Both the position numbers and the translations under genes were made by a program. Positions 1 through 13,561 of a DNA stretch of 64,000 bases are shown piece by piece. The stretch lies in NCBI GenBank assembly GCA_951406725.2, contig OX597817.1:32178001-32242000 (forward strand), read 5' to 3'. The notes beneath the pieces are model-generated. The model made no database searches. It was not told where the DNA came from and saw only the letters and a program-made list of their open reading frames with translations. The DNA comes from Octopus vulgaris (Eukaryota). Numbering within the stretch: position 1 is the first letter of the stretch; the number at the start of each line of letters is the position of its first letter.

Positions 1-27
1 TCCCTCAGTCGCTCAGTTGTCCGAATA

Positions 28-149
28 CATACATAAATATGTATTTATATACACATGCACATATATGTATATCTATATACATATATATATGTGTGTGTGT
101 ACATGTATGTATATATATATATACACACACACACACATATATGTATATG

Positions 150-199
<50 letters not shown>

Positions 200-227
200 C
201 ATATATATAATTAATATATATATATAT

Positions 228-265
<38 letters not shown>
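28..265. repeat. (TA)n/(CA)n microsatellite block
   Basis: Direct dinucleotide tandem repeats. Confidence 0.95.
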
Positions 266-268
<3 letters not shown>

Positions 269-738
269 CACCTATTTACAGGCTAAACTCCTGAAAACTG
301 TCTTATAGTTTAATATATTTTTTCACAGATCCGTTAATGACTCACAATTAAAATTTCTTAATTAGCCGTATCTTTTCTGGTTCGGGGAAGCACAATTTTT
401 CAAGACTAGTTACGTAATCGAGCCCCCCTAATAATCACAGGCATAAATCCAAAGTTACACCCCGGGTATCTTATCTACAGATTATCATTACTTCTTTGTT
501 TTTATCTTTAACATTTAGTTATCGTCTGTCAAGCAACTGATTTCTGCTACAATTTCTTTTCTCTGTCCAGATCATTATGTCTCGTCTGTTATGGCAGCAT
601 TTTATGCTGATTTTAAAAAGAACATTCACCAAGTATTCTTTCGTCTTATAGGAGAATGTACCCTCTCCTTCACTACAACATCTTATATTTTTACCATTAG
701 AACTATCGTTTCGACAGATTGTATTGTGTAATTCTTCT

Positions 739-971
739 TATTTCTTTACTGCCCACAAAGGGCTACACACAGAGGGGACAAACATGGAGAGACAAACGGA
801 TTAAGTTGATTATATCGACCCCAGTGCGTAACTGGTACTTATTTAATCGACCCCGAAAGGATGAAAGGCAAAGTCGACCTCGGAGGAATTTGAACTCACA
901 ACGTAACGGCAGACGAAATACCGCTAAGCATTTCGCCCGGCGTGCTAACATTTCTGCCAGCTCGCCACCTT
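739..971 (-). mobile_element. tRNA-derived Meta-type SINE, full length with 16-bp TSD
   Basis: Minus strand has a tRNA-like head (A box, B box GAGTTCAAATTCC) and the Meta-like core GACTTTGCCTTTCATCCTTTCGGGGTCGAT. TSD ATTGTGTAATTCTTCT at 723-738 and 974-989. Confidence 0.9.
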
Positions 972-1374
972 AAATTGTGTAATTCTTCTGTTACGACATC
1001 ACACCTCATAGTTAGAAAGTTAAATGGCGAAAATTTTCGAACAGTTATTAATTGTACAAGTTTTGCATCAGTTCATACATTGCTTGCATTATGTTGTTTG
1101 AAAGAATGAGACAGTTTCATCAGCTCCACTAAATCTGATGACGTCACTGCAAATGTGGAAATCGTCAAAATCATTTGATGGCAACATTCTATTTCTCTAG
1201 TTTTTACCCTATGATATATCCTATAATACCCATATATGGAAGTAATTTTGCTTCTACAATGAGAATATATTTACCCCATCTCAGTCTCAAGAGGCCAGTC
1301 ACCGATGAAACACTGAAGTTACAACTTCAGATACCGAATCCATAAAGTACAGAATGAGGTGGGGTTGACGACGC

Positions 1375-1570
1375 GTCTTTCTTTGGACTATTCTTTCCTT
1401 CTATTTGAACTTTTTCCTCTTTCCTCTTTCTGACGAAGAGTCAGGCTCGAAACATCACCCCTCCTTTTTCCATCTTAAATTTTCTCTGAGCGTCAATCTA
1501 ATACATTCACCGCGTACGTCCTTTTGGCCTTTATTGTTTTTCCTGTTGTTTTTAATTTGGATTTGCCTAT
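1375..1570 (+). mobile_element. Short hammerhead-bearing repeat unit (PLE pseudo-LTR-like)
   Basis: Pyrimidine-rich lead, hammerhead motif, then CTGAGCG..CTAATAC and a T-rich tail. Related to units at 32040, 34031, 39124 and 39778. Confidence 0.55.
1430..1456 (+). ncRNA. Minimal hammerhead ribozyme motif (degenerate stems I/III)
   Basis: CTGACGA-A-GAG-TCAGG-CTC-GAAAC-ATC. Confidence 0.55.
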
Positions 1571-1957
1571 ACATAAATATATAAGTATATACGAGTATAT
1601 ATGCATATATATGTATATACGCAAATACTTGGAAATGGATGCGTGGCGTTCGATCATATAATAATATAAATACATATATATATATATATATATGCATATA
1701 TACATATATATGTATATACGCATGCATATATGGGTACAGGACGTCAAAAAACGTGAACAACATGAAAAACGAGAACATGAAAAACCAAAAACATGGAAAA
1801 CGAACGTTTTTTTTTTCGAACAACGAATGAAACAAATAGAGAAACGAGACAGGTAACATAAAGAACAATCCCTTCATCAGTTGTCCCCTGTTTTATCTAA
1901 TCCGCAATTCGAACGCGCGCACACATACATGCATACATACATACATACATACATACA

Positions 1958-1988
<31 letters not shown>

Positions 1989-2386
1989 TGCAGTATCAGT
2001 CAAAGCTTAGCATGTACGGGTCACTACATGGATTTCCTTTGTTCCGGTCCTCAGCCGACCGGCCCTGTGATTTTTGAGGTTGTCTTATACAGATTAGAGT
2101 TATTCGAATGACGCCGATGAGACGTAATGATCAGACGACATTGACGAGATGTCAATGAAAGACAACTTAACTGGAAACATATATACTACACCTATGATCA
2201 GATGATCTTCTACAAAATGGAGAAAGATGGACTTGAGGTTAGACAAAATTATCTAAATTTTCTAAAGATTTGCACAGAACACTATTGCAATGTACTTAAA
2301 GGAGAACGATTTGTTGTACTGCAATGTGGCAAGAAGCTTGACCGCAGGGAAATGATTGGAACACGTAAAAGAAAATATAAACGAAA

Positions 2387-2492
2387 TATGCATGTATGTG
2401 TGTATGTATGTATGTATGTATGTATGTATGTATGTACGTATGTATGTATGCATGTATGTATACATGTATGTATGCATGTATGTATGTATGTA

Positions 2493-2523
<31 letters not shown>

Positions 2524-2606
2524 ATGTATGTATGTATGTATGTATGCATGTATGTATGTATACATGTATGTATGTATGTATGTATGTATACATGTATGTA
2601 TGTATG

Positions 2607-2640
<34 letters not shown>

Positions 2641-2915
2641 TGTATGCATGTATGTATGTATGTATGTGTGTATGTATGTATGTATGTATGTATGTATGTA
2701 TGCATGTATGTATGTATGTATGTATGTATGCATGTATGTATGTATGTATGTATACATGTATGTATGTACGTATGTATGTATGTATGTATGTATACATGTA
2801 TGTATGTATGTATGTATGTATGTATGTATGTATGTATGTATGTATGTATGTATGTATGTATGTATGTATGTATGTATGTATGTATACATGTATGTATGTA
2901 TGTATGTATATATAT
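2387..2915. repeat. (TATG)n tetranucleotide microsatellite
   Basis: Direct tandem repeat of about 530 bp. Confidence 0.97.
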
Positions 2916-2952
2916 ACCATACATAGTTTTAATTATAATTATAATTAAAGTT

Positions 2953-3505
2953 TAGTTTTATTATAAGCGAATGGAAGGCGGTGATCTGGTAGAATCGTTA
3001 GCGGTATTTCCTCCGTCTCATGATGTTCTGAATTCAAATTCTGCCTTTCATCCTTTCGAAAGTTAAGCAATAGAATCGATGTAATCAACTTACCCCATCC
3101 CCCAAAATTTGAAACAAATATTATGTGTATGCGTGTTGGGGGTGTATGTGTGCATGTGTATTATACATATTATATGATCTCAAAGAGGCAGGTGTCGGTC
3201 CATTTGAATGTGTGCGAGTAAGTATGTATGTATGTATATATGGTTTTTACGACAATTAAAATGTAGTTTTATTATAAGTGAATGCAGGGCGGCGAACTGT
3301 CAGAATCGTTAACAAATCCGTCAAAATTCTTAGCGGTATTTTTTCCGGCTCATTATGGTCTGTGTTCAAATCCCGCCGAGGTCGACATCACTTTTCATCC
3401 TTGCGGGATCGATAAAATAAGAACTACTTAAGCACTGGGATCGATGTAATACACTACCTCTTCTCCTCTAAAACTAATGGCTTTGTGCAAAAATTTGAAA
3501 TCATA
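2953..3505 (+). mobile_element. Two degenerate Meta-type SINE copies in a local tandem duplication
   Basis: SINE heads near 2976 and 3288, both preceded by the same flank TAGTTTTATTATAAG(C/T)GAATG. Meta-like CTTTCATCCTT is present in both. Confidence 0.7.
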
Positions 3506-3974
3506 CAAGTGAATATAATTTCTTGAATAATATTCAAAATAATGTAAACCAATGTTTTTGTTAAGTATTATGTAAACCAATGTTTTGTTAATGCAGTATT
3601 TGTTTTTCGGTGTCACTTGATCTACATTACCTAACCAGTGTCACTCAAGCCATCTGTGATGTGTATAAGAAAGCTTCAAAAACACTGTGTCAGTTGACTT
3701 TGGGAATGGAAAACTCCGAGTAGCGATTCGTGAAAACTCAGCTTTAAATAATTGTTCTACCCTACCTAAAAGTACTTGACACATGCAGTGGGTATCGTTA
3801 TTCATTGTATTTAATATCTTATTGGTTAGACTTTGTGACATCAAGTTTCATGTTATGGATTATATTCTAGCAATCGTCAGACGAATGACCGACATGAATG
3901 AATGTGTAATATAAATAAACAAGGTTTTATAAAATGTACATGTATGTAATGATCACAGCATAGAAGATGAATTC

Positions 3975-4005
<31 letters not shown>

Positions 4006-4089
4006 TGTATGTATGTATATAAGAATTTTTTGCGTAATGAGATAAAAAAAACAAAGGGTGTGTAATATTAGAATATTTATAGATAGAAG

Positions 4090-4141
4090 GTCTTACAGCT
4101 GTTTCCAGGATATTTATTAATTATATCCCTTCATTGGAGAC
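4090..4141 (-). ncRNA. Degenerate type-I hammerhead ribozyme motif
   Basis: Minus strand: GTCT-CCAATGA-AGGGATAT...ATATCCTG-GAAAC-AGCT-GTA-AGAC. Stem I GTCT/AGAC, palindromic AGCT loop and GUA triplet are present; the CUGA core is mutated. Confidence 0.55.
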
Positions 4142-4379
4142 GGTGTGAGAGGATGGTTAAGTTATAGTTAGTTTAGATGTGATGTAAAAAAGAGAGTGAG
4201 GTGGAGGAAAGAAAATAGATGCAAGATATGTATGGATACTGAAGTTGTAAATCCATTTTTTACGTAGAATGACATACATGTAGTATTCCAATACCCTATG
4301 AGTAAAGTCCAAAAGTCCAATAAGTCTATAGCACTTATTCGGCATTACCTGACACCTTTGAGTCTCAATGACAACATTA

Positions 4380-4423
<44 letters not shown>

Positions 4424-5079
4424 GATGTAAACGTGTGTGAATAATCAGAAGTTCAAGATGTTTATATATCAAACTATGTATTCTTATTTATTTGTTTCCT
4501 ATTTCTTCCTGCTCAAAATCTTTGAAAGACGCATTAGAACTATATAAATAAAAAAACCTATCTAATCCACACATTTTAAAATGTGAAGGTAAATTGTGAT
4601 AGTTTCGCCTTGCGCAGTGAAAGTTCTAAGCCAGACATGGGTCACCTTTTCCAAGAAGCGGGTCGCATGAGTCATAGTTCATCATAGCATGAGTCGCACT
4701 ACAAAAAAAAAAACACAAGGGAATTTTTCGTTAGGCATGACATTCAAAACGTACTATGGACCATATGCAGCCCTGAGCCGCAGTCCCCTTATAGAATTGG
4801 TGGTAGAGGAATTCCATTAGCGAGAGAAAACCGGATAAAACAGCTGGTTCGTCAAAACCTTCGTATCACCAATATACAGCAATCTACATGTCCAACAAAA
4901 ATTCCTTTTGATAATCCAAGAAAGCTAATCTACAATGATTTAAGATTGACTAGAGTTTCCCTCGCCTCTACTGGATTATTATAAGGTGTCTTCTTGGTTC
5001 TAATTTACACTATAATTTATTACTGTAATACATTATTTTGAACCGGATATAACTGCCTGATAGATGATGCTACTGTTGG

Positions 5080-5183
5080 GGTATGTATATGTGTGTGTGT
5101 GCGTGCGTGTGTGTGTGTGTGCATATATATTTATATATATGCATATGTGTGTGTGCATGTATGCATGAATACATATAATTATA

Positions 5184-5216
<33 letters not shown>

Positions 5217-5458
5217 ATACACACACACATATATATTACATGCATGTGTATATGTATGTGTGTATATATATACGTATGCAAGTATGTATGTATGTATACA
5301 CACATATATATATGTGTGTATGTGTGTGTGTGTGTGTGTACATGTAAAACTATACGTTTGCTAATTTAGAGGCACACACGCACGCACACACACAAATATG
5401 TAGGTGTATATATTAGTGGAATGAGTGTTTGCCCATGTGTGTATACGTGTATATATAC

Positions 5459-5495
<37 letters not shown>

Positions 5496-5505
5496 TAGAT
5501 AGATT

Positions 5506-5597
<92 letters not shown>

Positions 5598-5668
5598 TGC
5601 ATGTGTGTGCGTGCGCGTATACATATATGTATGTATATGCACAAATATACATTACATACATGCATGTG

Positions 5669-5700
<32 letters not shown>

Positions 5701-5973
5701 TGTATGTAGGTATATATATATGTGTGTGTGTGTGTGTGTGCGTGTGTGTGTGTATGTATATATGTATGTATCATACGTCATATAAAAAAAATATACGTTT
5801 ACATATTTAGACGCACACAGACACAAATATGTAGGTGTATATATTAGGGGAAAATGAGTGTTTGCTCATGTGTGTATATGTGTGTGTATATATATATACA
5901 TATATGTACATGTAGATATGTGATAATAATAATAGTATATAATATATAATATACTCACACGCACACACACACA

Positions 5974-6022
<49 letters not shown>

Positions 6023-6423
6023 GTATTAGCACATACATACAAGCATACTTACATATGTTTGCATATACACTCATACATACAAAATTATGCCTGTGAATGT
6101 AAGTGCCAATTAGTGTAGATAGATTGTAAACCCTAGATTTCATTCCCTGGCAGGGTCGGGGGATACTGGAATATCACAAAACTAATTGCCACACGCATAA
6201 ATATTAACTGACTCTACCTACTTCCATTATTACCGTCCATTAAGTATTCTAGATGTTTCTGTACTAATAAGAATATCTACACTATCTATGTTCATAATAT
6301 CTATGTATACGCTAGGGCGTGACCTTCTGTGTGTGTATATGAGAGAGGGCGAGAGAGAGAAAGAGAATCAGAGTATATACATATATACATACATATAAAT
6401 ATATGTATATGTGTATGTGCATG

Positions 6424-6488
<65 letters not shown>

Positions 6489-6566
6489 GTATATACATAT
6501 AATACACACATACGTACATACATTACATAGAATGAAGGTGGGGAAAGGAGTAGAGGGAAACAGCCA

Positions 6567-6653
<87 letters not shown>

Positions 6654-6776
6654 GCATATACTTAATCACCACTGATTGATATAAACATATGCTTAAACAA
6701 GATAAATACGTGTATATTTTGAGACACAATGATACGCCTGTATGTGTATATATATATATATATATATACGAATATA

Positions 6777-6820
<44 letters not shown>

Positions 6821-6964
6821 TATATATGTGCACATACATATATATATATACACACGCATATATATGTGTGGCAACATATATTCATGCATAAACGTTCTTT
6901 AACACGTCTGCTCTCTCCCCTTTTTTTCTCTCTCTTTATCTCTCTCTCTCACTCTCTCTCTCTC

Positions 6965-7010
<46 letters not shown>
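5080..7010. repeat. Compound microsatellite region (CA, TA, GATA, GACA, TATG, CT)
   Basis: Direct tandem repeats, including a short duplicated spacer ACACAAATATGTAGGTGTATATATTAG near 5390 and 5821. Confidence 0.9.
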
Positions 7011-7011
<1 letters not shown>

Positions 7012-7081
7012 GCCTTTCTCTTTCACAAACATACTCATATCCGTGTACTTATAGGTATACAGAATGTACAGTTATATATAA

Positions 7082-8590
7082 CACAACCCAACAGGTATTT
7101 TGTTGTCAGGGCGTTTTTACCTGATTTAAAGGTTTCCTAATTTTCTGAATCCAAAAATATCATCCATATTTTATCTTTACGTCTGGATTTCAAAATACCC
7201 AAACCTCCAATTTTTGCAGTTTTCCTCAATTTTCAGAAAAATGCGTAGTTTACCAGGAAGTATCAACTGAGCCACAAGGAACCACAGATGATCCGTATTA
7301 GTTTGACCTACAGCTATTTGATCAAAATGAACTCAGTGACTTGGAACGGGATTACACTTACCAAAACAACCTGTACAAGTTCTTGCGTCTTGATTAAAGG
7401 GAAAAAATCTTCTTAATGAAGGAACCATCGTCACCTTCTATCGCACTAGGGATGCTAATTTTTTCCCGTCCATCACAGAAAATTATTAGATAGTGAATGG
7501 CACAAACATTGAGGGAATGCCTCTAAGGATGGGATTAGCAGAATATGATAAGTGATTGGCGCCTTTTTATTGATAACTCGAAAAGAGATTTTAAATATAT
7601 TCTGCTTCATAAGCCTTTGTTCCAACTGTTTACTCTACAAAACTAGCAGAGAATTATGAAATAGTGAAAGCAGTGCTAGAGAATTATGAAGTACTACAGT
7701 CATCAATGGCTGATATGCTGAGACTTTAAGATGGTCAATTTTCACCTGAAACAACAAAGTGGGTACTCTAAATATCCATGCTTTTTATTTATGTGGGACA
7801 CTGAGTCAGGGGGAAACATTGGGTGATCAGCGAATGCCTACAGCGAACATTTGTTTCAGGTTAAACTAAATGCTCTTCAACTACATTAATGGTTGAAGAT
7901 CTTTTTTGTTAAACCGGGAGAAATCATCCTCCCTCCACTCCATATTAATCTTGGCATTATGAAGCAGTTTGTTAAAGGTTAAAGATGAACTATGCTTTCT
8001 CTACATTTGCAGCACATTTCCCGATCTAAGTATTGAAAAGATAAAAAGCTGGATTATTTGATAAACCATAATTCAGAAAATTGATAAAAGATGAGAACTT
8101 TGTAAATTCAATGGATGGCATTGAATCAGTAACATGCAATTCAGTTGTAATAGTTCTAGATGTTTTTTTCTGAGCAACAAGAAAGCAGCTGACTATGCCT
8201 AAATAGTCGACAAAATGCTGATCTTTCAAAAGTTAAGAGCAAATATGAGTAGATAGCTGCACTATCTCTACAGTCACATTGATAAATTCCCTGAAAATCT
8301 CCGCGACACAAGTGACGAGAAGGGAGAACTTTTCCATCGGGGCATAAATTCAACGGATCAAAGTTAATGAAGCAGATGAGAGTTGCATATAACAGCGGAC
8401 TATTGTTGAAACTTGGATCGTAATCTTCCTGACTTTCAGTACTCAAGAAAATAATCTAATCGCAATTAATGGGAAATTAGGCATAAACAATGATGTAATT
8501 TGTAAAAATATTTTAATTTTCACTAATTTTTTAGTAGGAGTTTTTTTAATGGAAGTCTAAGGATTCAGCATCTTAAAATCTTGAAGTGAT
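7082..8590 (+). mobile_element. Decayed DNA transposon, Chapaev3-like (CMC superfamily) transposase pseudogene
   Basis: Frameshifted motifs DWRLFIDNSKR..ILLH (~7554), HQWLIC*DFKMV..QQSGYSKYPCFLFMWD (~7701), IILPPLHINLGIMKQFVK (~7923), SDEKGELFH (~8310) and ADYC (~8395). Left end begins CAC. Family assignment is from recalled motifs. Confidence 0.7.
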
Positions 8591-8719
8591 GGTAATAAAT
8601 GGTTGTCATTTTCCGATTCTGTGTATCAAAAATCTCGTTGTTCAGGTCCAAACCTTTTGACAACAGATATATATTTTTTTTTGTGGGGTGGGGACTGTGT
8701 AATTTGCACGATTTTTTTA

Positions 8720-9050
8720 TCCCGTGCAAGATTGCGAACAGTTCACTGGACAGGGTGTTTGACAGCCAGCAAAGAAATCAGTCGTTCAAACCTTGTCATC
8801 TGTACCATGTTTTCTGCGTGGTTCCTATACAACTTTGAAACAGTCCATTCAGTCTAACTGTACATTGCATAGTAGAAGCAACTCAACGGCAGCTGTAACC
8901 TGACCTAGATTAGCTCTTTATTAGATTGAAGCGCCGAGTTTAGTTTCTTCAGTGAACATATCTTTTAAAACGATTGTCAACCCAAGCTGACTTCTATGAG
9001 ATACATCAGTAATACTCCCATTGCGTTATCAAACATACATTAAGGCCTTT
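8720..9050 (-). mobile_element. Possible RTE-like LINE RT C-terminal remnant
   Basis: Minus-strand pieces AVELLLL...EWTVSK resemble the RTE-clade 'VES.LLYG.E.WT' region; highly decayed. Confidence 0.3.
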
Positions 9051-9487
9051 GGGTTTGCAAATAGGGTTAAAGACTGAAATATGAAAAATAATATAAGTGA
9101 AGCTTATGCAAATATAACTGAAGGAAGCGGGTTATTGATATTGGTTCAAAAATACAGAGAGAAGGGGTAAAAAGTAATTCATAAAAATCTATTAACAAAT
9201 ATCTAATTATAAAACTGCATTGATATCTACTCTTCCTGAATGAAAAAGTATAAGTTAAAACTTGATGCAACCTCTGTTGATTGTCAGCATTTCGTACACC
9301 CCAGCTTTATTTTAAAAAATGAAAGACGAATCTTCACTAAGATTATCAAAAATAACTCGAGAAATCCATGGAAGATACTCTAAAACGACATAAACTGAGC
9401 AACATAAAAATCGCTTTATTTCTGGATTTAGTTTTGTCTAGGTGATCTATGAATTCACTTTATAGAATTTATCTTGTAAAACATTGT

Positions 9488-9760
9488 GAAGGCGCGTAAC
9501 CGAGTGGTTAGATGCATTGAACTTACGATCGTGGAATCGATTCCCAGACAGGCTGCATGCTGTGTTCTTGAACAAAACACTTCATTTCATGTTGCTCCAG
9601 TCTACTCAGCTGTAAATGGGTAAACCTGCGATGGACTAGCCTTCCGATCAGAGGGAATGTTAGCGCAATCAGCAGGATTGCATCATTCGAAAGCTAAAAC
9701 GATGCAAAGCGCATGGTCACCAATGATTTATAGCAACAGCCGAAAGCCTACTCGATCACT
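9488..9760 (+). mobile_element. tRNA-derived SINE with CORE-like and V-like domains
   Basis: Head GAAGGCGCGT..AGTGGTTAG, CORE-like TGTGTTCTTGAACAAAACACTT and V-like CCTGCGATGGACTAGC. Related to 55248-55500 and 62952-63196. Confidence 0.7.
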
Positions 9761-11687
9761 TTATTTGTCACTTTTATATACAAAATGATTTAACTTTGTA
9801 TATCTAAAGGTTAAGGAGTTAAAACAGTGTATTAGTTATGCAGAAATCTTGAGGCATAAGGTGAAATAATTACCTACCTACCACCTGCCAACCTTCGTAC
9901 TGTGATACAAAGCTATTCAAAAGAAACAAACTGGGATCTTTCAGACAACTGAACTGGTTACCCAACAACAAAGGAAATGCTAGCTTATATATCCCGAAAT
10001 CACCATCGTTTTGATGTACAACTTTCGTTTATATCTTTTGTCAGTGAAGCACATTGGTGGTCCAGTGAAATCTTTGAGAGGGGTGTCATGTTTATATGCT
10101 TTCAATATCAAAGGTACTTCTACTTTTCGTTTTATTCAATATTTTTCTTAGTTTTAAAAGCCTTTGATATAAACCGCACGGATTTCATCTGAATGTTACC
10201 AAATTATTTATTAAACCTGCTATCACAATAAATTCCTGAATTAATACTTTGAAAGTTTAAAAAGTGTAAAAGGAAAAGAAAGAAAAAGACTTTGCAGGGG
10301 GTAGTCTTTGAAGAGTTAACAGATTCCTGAAAGAATTCATTTCAAGCTAGCATTTAAAGTAATTTGAAACCTAATTTTATGCTTTATCACACGCTTCAAC
10401 TTCATATGATATTTCAACTGATTAAGCTCCAGTTTACTTCGAGTCCTATTTCAACTCAATGCCCTTGTTTAAAGTCATAAACTTTACAAGAGGGCCTTAA
10501 GTATAAAACTTAAACGAATATATTATAACTATTCAAAAATCGTGTCCGGATATTTTTATAAATACAGATATCTACGTATGTTTCCAGAATAGAATTCACA
10601 TTAAAACAATAATTTTTAATATTACTGTTAATTAAGAAAGAAAAAAACAGCTAGAAATTTTAATTTAAGAGATTGTTCCATAATTGGCGCGGAAACCGAC
10701 GAAAAGGTAAATAAGAAGTCTATAAATTAATCACTGCTTGAGTTCATATCCTTTTCAATATGTTAAGTTCCCTCCTTAAGCAATGTACTTAACCGTATTT
10801 CTGACAGCCTAAGTCAGTACCTAAGTCAGAAATATATGAGAATGAGAGAACTTGAGCTAGTACACATATTTTACAAGCTTATTTATCTAATTTTGATTTC
10901 TATTATATCTAATAGTAAAAGTGAGTATAAAGGAAAACATCCTAACACACTGTGAAATCTAATAATCAATCATAACTTCATTACATAATCTGGGAACTAT
11001 TGGAATTTTAGTGGTTGTAATGTACTTTTTACTCTATGTTGTAAACATTCAACCTACCGCATGTATGGAGACGTGTATTGCCATAAGTGATAATAACAAG
11101 GATGGGGCAAAACAGATAAGTGTAACGATCCAAATTACCTATGACAAATACTTTAGAATGTTAAATAATCGACAATGTTCGTTATAAATAAACCATTAGA
11201 TTGATCGTGGATTAGATTATAAATGCCCTTTCTAGATCTGAAATCTTTGCCCCAAAATAACAATAAAGTACAACGAAAATAATATGGCTTACTTCACATT
11301 ATTAATGTCTGTTTTGTGGAGAATCCTTTACTAAAACACACCCTCACACCACCAACATGACGTAACAAAAATATTCAAAATGGAAGACCCCTTTGTCATG
11401 ATAAAGACTGTTTCTTTGTATAGAAGGCTGCAACCAGCACAAGCAGTATCTACAATCACCACAGACACTCAGATACATTTACAAACACCTAGATTACTAT
11501 CGTATAGCAACATCTTAGGAATAAGGCATAAGTAAGAACCACATACACTCAAAAATAGTCACATCAACAACCTCATTAACCCCAAACACTATGCAGATAG
11601 TAACTATTGCATTCTGATTGAATCCATAATAGACTTAAAGCTTTTAATCAAATCAGTCATTTCTTTTATCGTTTCATATATTTTCAG

Positions 11688-11841
11688 GTGTTGGTGCAGT
11701 TGCTTGCCGTTGTACCGTTGATCCTTTTGTCCTAGGGAACGCGACTAGACCTTGCTTCGATTTTGCTGACCGAATAGGAACGTCTGTTAAAGATATTGGT
11801 TTAAGGAGTCAATTGACGACCTTTAGACTCAAGTGTTTCCG
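11688..11841 (+). CDS. Candidate internal coding exon of an unidentified host gene (phase 1 to 2)
   Basis: T-rich acceptor ...TTTTCAG|GT and donor CCG|GTTAGT. The 154 nt are stop-free in one frame: VGAVACRCTVDPFVLGNATRPCFDFADRIGTSVKDIGLRSQLTTFRLKCF. Unique, non-repetitive sequence. Confidence 0.45.
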
Positions 11842-11869
11842 GTTAGTTCACAGCATGTTGGAGATCATT

Positions 11870-11985
11870 CGCCGAGTAAATCGATCTGAGTCCGTAATTG
11901 GTACTTTTATCGGCTCTGGAAGGATGAAAGACAACGTTGATCTTCGGCGGGATATAAATCTTGAGCGTACAGAGCCAGAATAAAC
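11870..11985 (-). mobile_element. Degenerate Meta-type SINE
   Basis: TGGTACTTTTATCG...GAAGGATGAAAGAC matches the reverse complement of the Meta core. Confidence 0.6.
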
Positions 11986-12626
11986 ACCACAAGATCTTTT
12001 TGTTGTTCACACTAACTGTTCTGTTGCTTCATAATACGAGTGGAGAAAACTATGGATTTCCACTTTTACTCATATATGTTTGTCTATATAGCGTTAAGAA
12101 TCTTCAATTTCAAGCTACGGAGCCAGAATTATTGGAATTAGAACACTAAAAAACATTGAAGAAATATAACACTAAAGAAAGATAATACTAAACATCATTA
12201 GTCCCTTTGACATAAGATAAAAGTATTCATCTTGATTGTCAAATCTATCTTCATGACATAAAGACAACCAAAATGAATTATTGGTTTAAAGCAAAACTCA
12301 ATGACTTCATTATTAAAACCTGCCCACCTATCAGAGTATCTCATTACATGAATACATCTGCAGTCAATTATGTGATATTGGGAAGGTCGGTAACATTGTA
12401 ATGTTGATGAACGTATTTCGAATACCAATTGGTATCATAGCTTTGTGTAAACTCTACAGCACAAGCGAAGCTTCGATTAAACAAGTCGTATCAAAGCCAC
12501 ATAAGTGTTAATGTCCTTAAAAATTGACCGTCGAAACATTTAACATACAAAACAGAAGGAACTCTAATTGCAGTATCACACTGATCATTTAAAACTATCT
12601 TTAGTGAGATATCAGATTTTATAAAA

Positions 12627-13018
12627 TACTCTTTTACTCTTTTACTTGTTTCAGTCATTTGACTGCGGCCATGCTGGAGCACCGCCTTTAGTCGAGCAAA
12701 TCGACTCCAGGACTTATTCTTTGTAAGCCCAGTACTTATTCTATCGATCTTTTTTTGCCGAACCGCTAAGTGACGGGGACGTAAACACACCAGCATCGGT
12801 TATCAAGCAATGCTAGGGGGACAAACACAGGCACACAAACACACACACATATATACGACAGGCTTCTTTCAGTTTCCGTCTACCAAATCCACCCACAAGG
12901 CATTGGTCGGCCCGGGGCTATAGCAGAAGACACTTGCCCAAGATGCCACGCAGTGGGACTGAACCCAGAACCATGTGGCTGGTTAGCAAGCTACTTACCA
13001 CACAGCCACTCCTGCGCC
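12627..13018 (-). mobile_element. CORE-type tRNA-derived SINE, full length
   Basis: Minus strand: GGCGCAGGAGTGGCTGTGTGGTAAG head, GGGTTCAGTCCC B box, CORE-like TCTTGGGCAAGTGTCTT, internal (TG)n and (AGTAAAAG)n tail. Confidence 0.9.
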
Positions 13019-13493
13019 TATGTTTGTCTTTCACAACATTCTTCGTATTAATTCCCTTTCCTCAGAAATCAATAATCCCAAATCCAATAAGGCATCTTAA
13101 CCGCTGTATGAATGATGCGTTGTAACCTCTACATCTCCAGAGTAATTGCCATCGGGTTTTCAACTCTTTAAACCAGAGAGAAGTGTTCTTTTCTTACTAG
13201 TTTTATTACTTTAACGAAACTTTCCATTTTGTTCATCGTGACAGTTTGTTTAGAGTGCTCCAAACAAACTCCTGGCTTTCTAAAACACCCGATGTTGTTT
13301 CAGAATGGAAGCGAAAGTATTGTCCTTGGCGTTATTTCGATACCATTTGATATTCATTAAGATGTAAGGAACGGTTACATGTTTTCTACATTATGTGCTC
13401 GCTTTTTCTCTCTTTCTCTCTCTCTTTCTTTCTCTCTCTCTTTCTTTCTCTCCCTCTGTCTCTCTTTCCTTCTATTTCTTTCTCTCTCTCTCT

Positions 13494-13553
<60 letters not shown>

Positions 13554-13561
<8 letters not shown>

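Noticed and set aside
1135-1168. CTGATGA...GAAAT hammerhead-like match
   Set aside because: Stem II does not start at the core and no convincing stem I is present; likely chance.
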